This document shows positions 30,016 to 38,662 of a stretch of 64,000 nucleotides of DNA, piece by piece. The notes below the pieces were generated by a model. It was not told the origin of the DNA, ran no database searches, and worked only from the letters and a program-made list of their open reading frames with translations. A program made the position numbers and the translations under genes. Position 1 is the first letter of the stretch; every line of letters starts with the position of its first letter. Origin of the DNA: Waterburya sp. (GTDB taxonomy: Bacteria > Cyanobacteriota > Cyanobacteriia > Cyanobacteriales > Xenococcaceae); contig CBDCJV010000002.1 of assembly GCA_965217895.1 (NCBI GenBank), positions 3,168,001-3,232,000 on the forward strand, in the 5' to 3' direction.

Positions 30016-30417
30016 TTAATTTTCTCCTTGTTCTAAAATAATGTGTCCTTCTTTGGGTGATGGTGCTAAAGGGCCAGAGGCAAAAACCACCACAATTTCT
30101 TCCTCGCCAACGTTGTAAATAGAGTGAGCCTTTCCTTGGGGAGTCAGCACTGCCTGACCCGCCTGGAAATTCACGTCTCCCACACCTTCGACTACAATTT
30201 TTCCTTGACCTTGCAAGACATAAAAGCATTCTTCACTGTGGGGATGGGCATGGTTTAAAACTTTCCCGCCAACGGGGACGGTTGCTGTTCCCATGATCAT
30301 TTTGGTTGAGCCAACGCTGGTAGGAGAAATCAGAACATGAATCTGACCGCCTCGGTCTTCGATAGTAGCAACGTCTTCTGGACCCATTGCTAGCTTTTGG
30401 TTTTGAACTGTAGTCAT
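30016..30417 (-). CDS. cupin-fold polyketide cyclase (TcmJ/WhiE-II-like)
   Basis: RGG....L.SP.SVG, H.HP.SEE..YV..G, H...N.G, PLAP.P..GH motifs. Confidence 0.88.
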   Translation of the reverse strand: MTTVQNQKLAMGPEDVATIEDRGGQIHVLISPTSVGSTKMIMGTATVPVGGKVLNHAHPHSEECFYVLQGQGKIVVEGVGDVNFQAGQAVLTPQGKAHSIYNVGEEEIVVVFASGPLAPSPKEGHIILEQGEN

Positions 30418-30469
30418 AATTGATTGTTAGAGGCAAACGACCGTTCGCCCGTACATAAATAATTGGTAA

Positions 30470-32026
30470 TTAATTTTTCTGCACAAGCTGACGAGCTTTG
30501 AGCAAGGCTTGACGATGAATCTTTCCCGTTGAGGTGCGGGGTAGCTGGTCTAAAAAGTGAATTGCTTTTGGAGCTTTAAAGCTGGGTAAATTAGCACGAA
30601 CTAATTTACGCAAACTGTCTTTTAATCGCCCTGACTCTTCAAAACCAGATTTGAGACTGATATATGCCACTGCCTGAGTTAGATTCTGTCCGCCACCAGA
30701 TTCGGGAACAACAGCTGCATCTAAAACCGCTTCGTGTTGAAGTAAAATATCTTCAATTTCAAAGGGAGATACCCACTTACCACTGACTTTAAACAAATCA
30801 TCTTTGCGTCCCATGAAAAAGAAATAACCATCTTCATCGCAGATATATTTGTCTCCAGTCCGCATCGTATTACCATAGATAACCTCTCGCGTTTGCTGGT
30901 GGCGATTCCAGTATTGCAGCATCAGACTTGCTCCCCCGACCTGGAGATTGCCAATTTCGCCTTTAGATAGGTCAAAACCGCGATCGTCTACAATCCGCAC
31001 ATCATAACCAGGAACTGGCTTACCGCAGCTACCAGGACGACATTCTCCTACACGATTAGATAAAAAAATATGCAGAAATTCACTCGTGCCAATGCCTTCG
31101 CAGATCTCAAGATCAAAGCGATCGCGCCATTTATGCCAGATACTTTTAGGTAGCTGTTCGGCTGCTGAAAGACACAGCCTCAAGGAACTAGTATCTAAAG
31201 GCGCAATTTCTTGTACTGCCCAAATCCCTGAATAAATTGCAGGAATGGCAAATAAAACCGTCGGTCGATAGCGATTAATATCGGCAATGATATCAAAAAC
31301 ATTATTGGCATCAGTCAATACCGCAGCAGCCCCAACCGCCATCGGCATATATAAAGTGTTGCCCAAACCATAGGCAAAGGGCATTTTGGCTACTGAATAG
31401 ACAATATCGTCTTGATTCAAACCAATAGTTGCCCGTGCATACTCTTCGGCGCACATTGCCATGCTGCGATGCAGGTGAACCACACCTTTTGGTTTACCCG
31501 TACTGCCAGAAGTATAAAGCCAGAATGCTGGTTCGTCTGGGGAAGTACGGGCTGGATTGGGGACATGATTTATTTGACTAGATCTTTGGGTAAAAGAAGT
31601 TTCGCCATCGGTAATAATGGTTTGACGTAAAAACTCAGAGTTATTTAGAGATAGTTTACTTTGCCAGTCTTGATTAGTAATTAAAATCTTTGCCCGACAG
31701 TCTTGCACAATATATTGAATATCTTCAATCGTACAGGCGGTATTAATCGGCACTGGTACTGCCCCCATCCAGATTGCCCCCCAAAAAGCAAAGACAAATT
31801 CAGGACTATCGCTTAGCAAGATAGCAACACGATTTTCTCGTTCTAAGCCCAGTTCGGACAGTAGTGCTGCTGCTTGGCAAACTTCCTCATTAACTTTGCG
31901 ACAGCTATAGGCTAGATCTTGATAGTAGAAAGCAATTCGTTCGCCATCTTCTTGGACAAGACTAGACTTAAGAAAGTAAGCTGCAACATTAAAGATTTCA
32001 GGCAGTTGTTTATAGGGTAGATTCAT
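30470..32026 (-). CDS. benzoate-CoA ligase family aryl-acid adenylating enzyme (probable salicylate ligase)
   Basis: FWLYTSGSTG.PKG, K..FAYGLGN, GIGT.E.LHIFLSN, TGD, LP.T.TGKI. Confidence 0.9.
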   Translation of the reverse strand: MNLPYKQLPEIFNVAAYFLKSSLVQEDGERIAFYYQDLAYSCRKVNEEVCQAAALLSELGLERENRVAILLSDSPEFVFAFWGAIWMGAVPVPINTACTIEDIQYIVQDCRAKILITNQDWQSKLSLNNSEFLRQTIITDGETSFTQRSSQINHVPNPARTSPDEPAFWLYTSGSTGKPKGVVHLHRSMAMCAEEYARATIGLNQDDIVYSVAKMPFAYGLGNTLYMPMAVGAAAVLTDANNVFDIIADINRYRPTVLFAIPAIYSGIWAVQEIAPLDTSSLRLCLSAAEQLPKSIWHKWRDRFDLEICEGIGTSEFLHIFLSNRVGECRPGSCGKPVPGYDVRIVDDRGFDLSKGEIGNLQVGGASLMLQYWNRHQQTREVIYGNTMRTGDKYICDEDGYFFFMGRKDDLFKVSGKWVSPFEIEDILLQHEAVLDAAVVPESGGGQNLTQAVAYISLKSGFEESGRLKDSLRKLVRANLPSFKAPKAIHFLDQLPRTSTGKIHRQALLKARQLVQKN

Positions 32027-32047
32027 CGCTTATTCTTTTATAGATGT

Positions 32048-32416
32048 TCAGCTAGCCAGGACGTGAACTAATACATAATCATTACAGCTTGACCAGCTAG
32101 CAATCCAATTGGTGTAACCTAGTCTGGCTGCCTGCAATTTGGCTTTACCATAAAGCTTGATGCTTAACTGAAAGTCCGAGACGATCGCTTCTATTTCGTG
32201 CCAGTCAATACCTGCTAATCCAGTTCCTAAAGCTTTGCCGACTGCTTCTTTGGTAGCAAAGCAAACAGCGAAGCTTTGATAGGGTTGTTTAGCTGACTGA
32301 CAGCGATCGATTTCGTCTAAGGTAAATAGTAAATTTAAGGTTTCTCGATCATAGCGATCGATTAACTGTTTAATTCTTTCAACAGAAGCAATGTCAACGC
32401 CAATTCCCATACCCAT
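32048..32416 (-). CDS. acpS: holo-ACP synthase (AcpS-type PPTase); start uncertain (ATG 32416 or GTG 32479)
   Basis: GIGVDI....RI, FT..E, FA.KEA..KALGTG motifs. Confidence 0.88.
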   Translation of the reverse strand: MGMGIGVDIASVERIKQLIDRYDRETLNLLFTLDEIDRCQSAKQPYQSFAVCFATKEAVGKALGTGLAGIDWHEIEAIVSDFQLSIKLYGKAKLQAARLGYTNWIASWSSCNDYVLVHVLAS

Positions 32417-32492
32417 ATTTTTGGTGGAAGTTGTAGAAGTTTGACAACGAGTCGATAACTTAACTACTCGGCTGCTCACAAATTTGGGGGAA

Positions 32493-32798
32493 CTATTTCG
32501 GTTGAACAGGGTGCGCGGTTTGAGGCATGGCTGGCATTGTATTTTCAACATAATTACTGTCTGGAGAGTTAGACTGGTCAACGGCTTGAACGATTTTTTC
32601 ACTGATCTGTGCCAGAGTCATATCCTGACGGGACTCTAGCTTGATGTTGATTCCCAAACGTCGTTTGAGTCCTAAAGAAATATCAACGGTTTCGGTAGAA
32701 TCTAGCTGTAGGTCTTGACGAATCGAAGCTGTATCAGTAAGTTCTGCTTCTTCAAAACCTAAATCGATCAGAACATCTTTGAGTGCTGAATTTATCAT
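32493..32798 (-). CDS. acyl carrier protein
   Basis: acidic small protein with DL.LDS(TE) phosphopantetheine site, directly after the CLF. Confidence 0.88.
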   Translation of the reverse strand: MINSALKDVLIDLGFEEAELTDTASIRQDLQLDSTETVDISLGLKRRLGINIKLESRQDMTLAQISEKIVQAVDQSNSPDSNYVENTMPAMPQTAHPVQPK

Positions 32799-32844
32799 TG
32801 ATTGACTTTACAAATGGTATTAATATTGTTTTGGTTAGGATTGG

Positions 32845-34056
32845 TTACTTACTAATAACGAAAGAAGCGTTAACCCCTTCGCGAGCGCGAGAATTGACTA
32901 GAGTTCGGGCAACTGAACTCGATTGAGCTTGGGTAACAAAATTTAGCTGGCAATCGGCTTCGGCATTGACTGACTGCATAACGGGTAGTTTGCCAGTTTC
33001 CATCGCCATCAGGCTACAGGCGACTTCGGTAGTACAGCTAGCACCGTAAAGATGACCAAACAGCGATTTGGGTACGGTAACGGGAACATCTGGAGCGTCG
33101 GCAAAGACTCCTTGAATAGCCTCTGCCTCTAGGCGATCGCCTGTTTTGGTACCGCAACCCTCGGCAAACACGACATCAATATCTCGAGCAGCTAAATTGG
33201 CATCTTTTAAGGCTTTATTCATTGCCCGTTTAAATTGAATTCCTTCTGTAGGATTAGTATCAGTAGTCATACTACCCGAAGTTACTTCGCCATAAATTTT
33301 TGCTCCTCGTGCTAGGGCGTGTTCTTCTGACTCTAAAACTAAAACCGTACTGCCTTCCCCTAGAACAATGCCCGATCGCCCTTTGTCAAAAGGCTGATAG
33401 GCTGTACGAGGATCTGCTGCACCGCTAATTTCCCCTGTTTCGTAGTAGCAAACCATGCCAAAGCGGGTAATGGGAGCTTCCGAGCCTCCTGTAAGCACAA
33501 CATCGTTATGCCCCTGCTGGATCGACTTAACGCCAAAGTAAAGACCACTAGCACCGCTAGCGCGATCGCAAACAAAGCTTTTGCTGTAGCCTCGAATACC
33601 ATAGCGAATGGTGACGTAACCCTGGGCAGCAGTCGGAAACCAAGCTGTAGCCTGCCAGGGATTCACCATGGCTGCGCCATCGTTATATAGCTCTTTAAAA
33701 CCACGTTCGCAGATATCCCAACCCCCAGCGTTGTTGCCAAACCAAACCCCAACCCGATAGGAATCTTCTGTTTCTAGATCTAGATTGGCATCTGCCAAAG
33801 CTAGATCGCTAGCTGCTAGGGCATAATGGGTAAAGCGATCGGTTTTGACCACCAAACGACGAGGAATAAAATCATCGGGCTTAAAATCCTGAATTGTTCC
33901 CGCCACTTTGGTTGGGAAGTTAGTCGGATCGAAGCGATCTATTTCACCAATTGCCGACTTACCCTCGGTCATATTTTGCCAGAATTGTTCTTTGCCAATG
34001 CCCGATGGATTAACAATTCCAATTCCCGTAACAACTACCCGTTTTTTATCCGTCAT
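32845..34056 (-). CDS. type II PKS chain-length factor (KS-beta)
   Basis: KS fold, TDRFTHYAL, AWF, VPVTVPK motifs; catalytic Cys and first His absent (VCDRASG, FAEG). Confidence 0.9.
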   Translation of the reverse strand: MTDKKRVVVTGIGIVNPSGIGKEQFWQNMTEGKSAIGEIDRFDPTNFPTKVAGTIQDFKPDDFIPRRLVVKTDRFTHYALAASDLALADANLDLETEDSYRVGVWFGNNAGGWDICERGFKELYNDGAAMVNPWQATAWFPTAAQGYVTIRYGIRGYSKSFVCDRASGASGLYFGVKSIQQGHNDVVLTGGSEAPITRFGMVCYYETGEISGAADPRTAYQPFDKGRSGIVLGEGSTVLVLESEEHALARGAKIYGEVTSGSMTTDTNPTEGIQFKRAMNKALKDANLAARDIDVVFAEGCGTKTGDRLEAEAIQGVFADAPDVPVTVPKSLFGHLYGASCTTEVACSLMAMETGKLPVMQSVNAEADCQLNFVTQAQSSSVARTLVNSRAREGVNASFVISK

Positions 34057-34092
34057 CTTTGCACTAAATAATGTTGATTTTATTTTTCTGTC

Positions 34093-34154
34093 GGGTGGGC
34101 AAAATTCCTTTCATCTTGATCCAAAAACCTGAATTTTTGGCTTGCCCACCCTAC
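34093..34154. repeat. REP-like palindromic element between KS-alpha and KS-beta
   Basis: gggtgggcaa...ttgcccaccctac. Confidence 0.75.
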
Positions 34155-34166
34155 GATTGAAATGCA

Positions 34167-35444
34167 CTACGCTGCTAATTCTTCTGGCTTCACCTTTCGC
34201 AAAATTGCAGCCGAATGAATACCGCCAAAACCAGAGGCTGTTAACATAGCGGTGTTAACCTCCTGTTCTCTAGCAACGTTGGGAACATAATCCAAATCGC
34301 ACACAGGATCGGCAAATTCATAGTTAGCAGTAGGATGAATTGTTGAAAGCTCGATCGCTCCCAAGGTGGCAACTACGCCAACTAAACTGGCTGAAGAAAG
34401 AGAGTGTCCAATCATCGATTTAGTAGAACTAATCGGCACTCGGTACGCTTTGTCTCCCAACACTGTCTTATAGGCATTGGTTTCAAAAACGTCATTTTGC
34501 GGAGTAGAACTACCATGAGCGTTGATGTAGTCGAGTTCTTCTGGGGCAACTTTACCCGACTCCAAAACCTTCCTCACCACAGCAGCCATCGGAATACCGT
34601 GATCGGGTAAGTCAGTCATGTGGAAAGCATTGCTGACGCTAGAGTAGCTAACTACCTCTGCATATATATGCGCTCCCCTGGCTTGGGCATGTTCCAACTC
34701 TTCTAATATTAAAACCGCAGCAGCTTCGCCAATTACAAAGCCAGCTCGCTTGACATCAAAAGGACGAGAAGCTTTTTCGGGTTCGCAGTCGGCTACGGAC
34801 AGAGAGCCGATTACGTCTAAAGTAGCGTAGGTCAAGCTTGTTAAAGGTGCTTCGGTTGCTCCTGCCATCATGATGTTCATTTCGCCAGATTGAATTAGCT
34901 CAAAACTCAATCCCAGAGCATCTAAACCCGCAGTACAGCCAGTAGAAAGAGAGGTACAGTGACCCTGTAAATTATACTTGCGTGCCAGCAAAGCAGCAGA
35001 GTAATTAAACATACCTGCATTATAGAAATTTTCTCCCGTTTCCACGTAGCTAATTTCTTCCGTGCCTCTATTAGTACACTGCTCGTAAATCTTCTGAATA
35101 TAGGGAGTTCCACCAATTGCCGAAGAAAATATCGTTCCCAACATTTCTGAGTCTTCTTGGTTGAGATCGATACCTGAATCTTCCCAAGCCATTGTTCCCG
35201 CACATACGCCAAACTGAACCACTCGATCCTGTTCTAAAAGGTGTTCAAATTCAGTCCCCGAACAATGGTTCGACAGGTCGAAATCTAAAACTCGGCACAA
35301 AACATTACTTTTGATGCCCATCGCCTCCATTTCAGAATCGGCGGTCAGAAAGGACTCTCCCCTAATGGCGTTTTTCCAAAACTGTTCTTTGCCAATTCCT
35401 AGTGGAGCGATCGTTCCAATGCCTGTAATTACAACTCGTTTCAT
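34167..35444 (-). CDS. type II PKS ketosynthase alpha
   Basis: STGCTAGLDA (Cys), YINAHGSST.QND (His), KSMIGHSL (His), ASGFGG, NAFHMT motifs characteristic of aromatic PKS KS-alpha. Confidence 0.93.
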   Translation of the reverse strand: MKRVVITGIGTIAPLGIGKEQFWKNAIRGESFLTADSEMEAMGIKSNVLCRVLDFDLSNHCSGTEFEHLLEQDRVVQFGVCAGTMAWEDSGIDLNQEDSEMLGTIFSSAIGGTPYIQKIYEQCTNRGTEEISYVETGENFYNAGMFNYSAALLARKYNLQGHCTSLSTGCTAGLDALGLSFELIQSGEMNIMMAGATEAPLTSLTYATLDVIGSLSVADCEPEKASRPFDVKRAGFVIGEAAAVLILEELEHAQARGAHIYAEVVSYSSVSNAFHMTDLPDHGIPMAAVVRKVLESGKVAPEELDYINAHGSSTPQNDVFETNAYKTVLGDKAYRVPISSTKSMIGHSLSSASLVGVVATLGAIELSTIHPTANYEFADPVCDLDYVPNVAREQEVNTAMLTASGFGGIHSAAILRKVKPEELAA

Positions 35445-36051
35445 ATTTTTTGGCGATAAAAATAACTAGATTGAAGTTAAAAAGCAAATTTACTTAGGAT
35501 TGATTAAGCCATCTCAAGCAGCGAATTACAATGACGGAGACAGATTAGTTCAGCAGATAAAATTGAACAATTAGCCACCAACAAGGTTTGCACAAGACAT
35601 AAAGCATTCATTAGATAAATCTAGAAGTCTATTAGTTGAATGGTTGTAATAATTGGATACTTAAATCTAAATCTTGAATCTTCATTTCTTCTTGTAAGCT
35701 ACCGTTTGCTTTTGCCTACTAATTAAATTAGTCCGTTCTCCTGAGACCTGGGTAGAAATAAAGTACGAACTTTGTTGAATCTGTGTTTAATTTTTGTCTG
35801 TGTTGTTCTACTCTGTCTAAAAAACCTTTCGTCACTCAAAAAATATTTAAACTAAGATTATCTTTTTTGAATCAAATAAAACAAAAAACAAGCTTAAAAT
35901 AAGCATAAAAAAGCTATATTTTACTAGTTTTATCAACGATCGCTATGTTTTATGGTGCTAAATTAAAAATTAAAGATTAAGGCAAAAATTCAAGCTGAAA
36001 GTAATAGCTTTGATAATTGGTTTTCGACAGCTTATCCGATAGCTATTATCT

Positions 36052-36558
36052 TTGTTCAGTAATCTGCAACACTCGTTTACTATTATGAGAATATTATTTA
36101 AATCCAAAATAGAAATTAGAAAACATCATAAACGCTCGGCAGATATCGCTCAATCACCTAGACAAACTGCCACACTTCAAAGAAATAGAATAGTCAGACC
36201 AAAAGTTTCAGAAGCCAGTTTAGCCCTCAAAAAATTCTCTAAGCATTTGGCATCGACGGTAGTTACTTATCCAGTTCCAGGAAAAAACGCCGTCGAGCAA
36301 ATATCTTATGCAGAACCTCTTCAAGATAGTGACAAAGGTTTAGTTTGGATCAATTCAGCACAGTATTTTGAAAATGTACCGCCTAGTGTTTGGAACTTTT
36401 GCGTAGGTAATTATTGTATATGTCAAAAATGGCTCAAGCTGAGAGAAGGAACTACCTTAAATCGTCAAAATGTTCAAGACTATCAACGCTTAGTCATGTT
36501 GATTAGCGAAACGATTGACTTAATGAATAATGTTGATTCTCAGCTAATGCACGAGTAG
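36052..36558 (+). CDS. protein resembling the isolated C-terminal domain of type ISP restriction-modification enzymes (start uncertain, ATG at 36085 possible)
   Basis: WIN..QYFE.VP..VWNF.VG.Y..CQKWLK.R.G..L......YQ.....I.ETI.LM..D pattern. Confidence 0.65.
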   Translation: MFSNLQHSFTIMRILFKSKIEIRKHHKRSADIAQSPRQTATLQRNRIVRPKVSEASLALKKFSKHLASTVVTYPVPGKNAVEQISYAEPLQDSDKGLVWINSAQYFENVPPSVWNFCVGNYCICQKWLKLREGTTLNRQNVQDYQRLVMLISETIDLMNNVDSQLMHE

Positions 36559-36562
36559 ATAA

Positions 36563-36670
36563 TATCGCAGTACGCTAATTGGTTAGGACAACTCTAGTTA
36601 ATCGTTCGCAAGTAGCCAAGGGATACCCCCCGCAGGGAGTATCCTAAAAAATAGTACGTATTGCTGCGTA
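36563..36670. mobile_element. MITE-like element, same family as 14241-14352
   Basis: gcagtacg..ttaggaca / atcctaa..cgtattgc imperfect inverted ends. Confidence 0.5.
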
Positions 36671-36742
36671 AATCATATTAGCTATCAATTTTCTATTGCT
36701 TTTTTGTATTGAGTTAACACATTACATCCAAAAAATTTAACT

Positions 36743-37657
36743 ATGATTAAGACAGCGTGGGTGTTTCCAGGACAAGGCTCGCAAGAATCGGGTATGGGAA
36801 CGGATTTAGCTGGTATACCCTTGGCTAAAGCCAAATTTAAACAGGCTCAAGATATTTTAGATTGGGACGTAACTAAAATATGTCTCAATGAAAATTTAGA
36901 ACTATCTCAAACACTTTATACACAACCATGTCTTTACGTTGTCTCAGCTATTTTGACCGATCTAATGAAAGATGCAGAATTTGAACCTTCTATAGTTGCA
37001 GGTCATAGTTTAGGTGAATATGCTGCTCTTTATGCAGCAGAAGTTATTAGTTTTGAGGCTGGTTTACAATTAGTTAAGCTTAGAGCCGAATTAATGACTA
37101 ATACTCCTCCAGGGGTGATGACTGCTCTAATTGGATTCGATCGCGATCGCCTTGAAGAACAGATTGCCATAACTCCAGATGTAGTTATAGCCAATGATAA
37201 TCACAATAGTCAGATTGTAATTTCTGGTACGTCGGCAGGAGTTGAAGCATTATTAAAAAAAATCAAATATAGGCGCATTGTACCCCTTGACGTTAGCGGA
37301 GCTTTTCATTCACCGTTAATGGCAGATATATCCTTGGAGTTTAATCGAACTTTGCAAACTGTAGCTTTTCGACCAGCTAAAGTGCCTGTAATATCTAATG
37401 TCGAACCATCTCCATCTACCGAAGCATCAGTTTTAAAAAACCGTTTGATGCAGCAAATGACTGGTCGAGTACGCTGGCGAGAAATTGTCAATAGTCTAGC
37501 TCAAAATGATGTCAAAAAAATAATTGAAATAGGACCTGGTGATATTTTGACTAATACGATTTTTAAAATCCTCCCCAACATAGAATTAGAAAATGTCAGT
37601 AGCAATACAAAAATACCAACATCAAATCAGCAGGTTAAATTGCTAGAATCCATTTGA
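36743..37657 (+). CDS. fabD: malonyl-CoA:ACP transacylase
   Basis: FPGQGSQ, TQP, GHSLGE, VSGAFHS, EIGPG. Confidence 0.95.
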   Translation: MIKTAWVFPGQGSQESGMGTDLAGIPLAKAKFKQAQDILDWDVTKICLNENLELSQTLYTQPCLYVVSAILTDLMKDAEFEPSIVAGHSLGEYAALYAAEVISFEAGLQLVKLRAELMTNTPPGVMTALIGFDRDRLEEQIAITPDVVIANDNHNSQIVISGTSAGVEALLKKIKYRRIVPLDVSGAFHSPLMADISLEFNRTLQTVAFRPAKVPVISNVEPSPSTEASVLKNRLMQQMTGRVRWREIVNSLAQNDVKKIIEIGPGDILTNTIFKILPNIELENVSSNTKIPTSNQQVKLLESI

Positions 37658-37711
37658 AATTTAGTTTAACTGCATAACATCAGTAATTAAGGCATTCAAA
37701 ATTGCGATCGC

Positions 37712-38476
37712 CTAATGCTTAAATACCTGAGCAAAAGTTTTATCCCATCGTTGCTGGTTTTTGTGGGCATCGCGAATATAAGGCGACCAACGAATCAAAT
37801 TAATTAGCAGGTGGTTGAGTATAGAGGCAGGAAACTTCATCGGTCGAACTATATCTAAGAATAAAACTACTCTAACCTCATCCGATTGATTCCAAGCTTC
37901 ATGAAGATAGGAATCATCAAAAATAAGAGTTTTTCCTGCTTCCCAATGGCGTACCCGACCGCCAACTTTAATACCGCACTGTTCTTTGTTTTGAGGAACT
38001 TTAAGAGCTAAATGGCAGCGTAAAACTCCTTTATAAGGACCTCTATGCTCAGGAATATGTTTTCCTGGTAGTAAAATTGAAAAAAAGGCAGTTTTTAGCC
38101 CAGGAATTTGTTCAATGATACGAGTTGTTTGCGGACAATAGCCACAATTTTGTGCCATTTTCACTCCATATCCATATAGGAAAAAAGTTTTCCAAAGATT
38201 ATCTTGACTGATATGGCGACCTTGTTCGGTGGAAATATCTTGAAAACGGGGCAGGTTATCGGTGTATTGCAAAATTGCATCTAACTCTTGCCTAATCTCT
38301 TGCCAGTTGTTTTCTAATGTAGATACCCATTCAAATTGCTCAGGCTCAAAAAAAGGAGTCTTGTCTACCAAAGAATAACGAGTAATAAACTTTTCCAACT
38401 GCCAGAGCAGATTTTTACCAAGTTTATTGACAATTAACTCTTTAATTAGAGGTTGAGAAACTTCAGCCGTTTTCAT
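37712..38476 (-). CDS. aspartyl/asparaginyl beta-hydroxylase-family 2OG-Fe(II) dioxygenase (LpxO-like)
   Basis: CP.T, FS.L.PG.HI..HRG, HL.L, FDD...HE..N, RVVL..D. Confidence 0.88.
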   Translation of the reverse strand: MKTAEVSQPLIKELIVNKLGKNLLWQLEKFITRYSLVDKTPFFEPEQFEWVSTLENNWQEIRQELDAILQYTDNLPRFQDISTEQGRHISQDNLWKTFFLYGYGVKMAQNCGYCPQTTRIIEQIPGLKTAFFSILLPGKHIPEHRGPYKGVLRCHLALKVPQNKEQCGIKVGGRVRHWEAGKTLIFDDSYLHEAWNQSDEVRVVLFLDIVRPMKFPASILNHLLINLIRWSPYIRDAHKNQQRWDKTFAQVFKH

Positions 38477-38662
38477 AGCTAAAAACCTTGATTCACTCTC
38501 GATATTAAACTTACTATTTATAGTTTAATCTGCTTTTATACGGTTGTGTCGGCTACCCGACATCAGTTAGTATATTTGAACTATTCGTGGTTTACAATCA
38601 TCTAAATCAACTGCCTCCCTCGCGCGTTCCCTTGCGCCTGTCGGCGACGCGGGGTCGCTCGT

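Noticed and set aside
26873..32026. Salicylate siderophore (yersiniabactin/pyochelin-type) cluster
   Set aside because: No NRPS or TonB receptor in the window; the salicylate genes are interleaved with aromatic PKS cyclases.
32417..32602. 184-aa long form of AcpS
   Set aside because: The extension overlaps the ACP gene and has no AcpS similarity; a later start is more plausible.
32845..35444. FabF pair or aryl-polyene synthase
   Set aside because: No FabG/FabZ-like genes; KS-alpha/CLF motifs and three cyclases indicate an aromatic type II PKS.
35640..35770. NtcA boxes upstream of KS-alpha
   Set aside because: Both candidates are GTA-N9-TAC, not the canonical N8 spacing.
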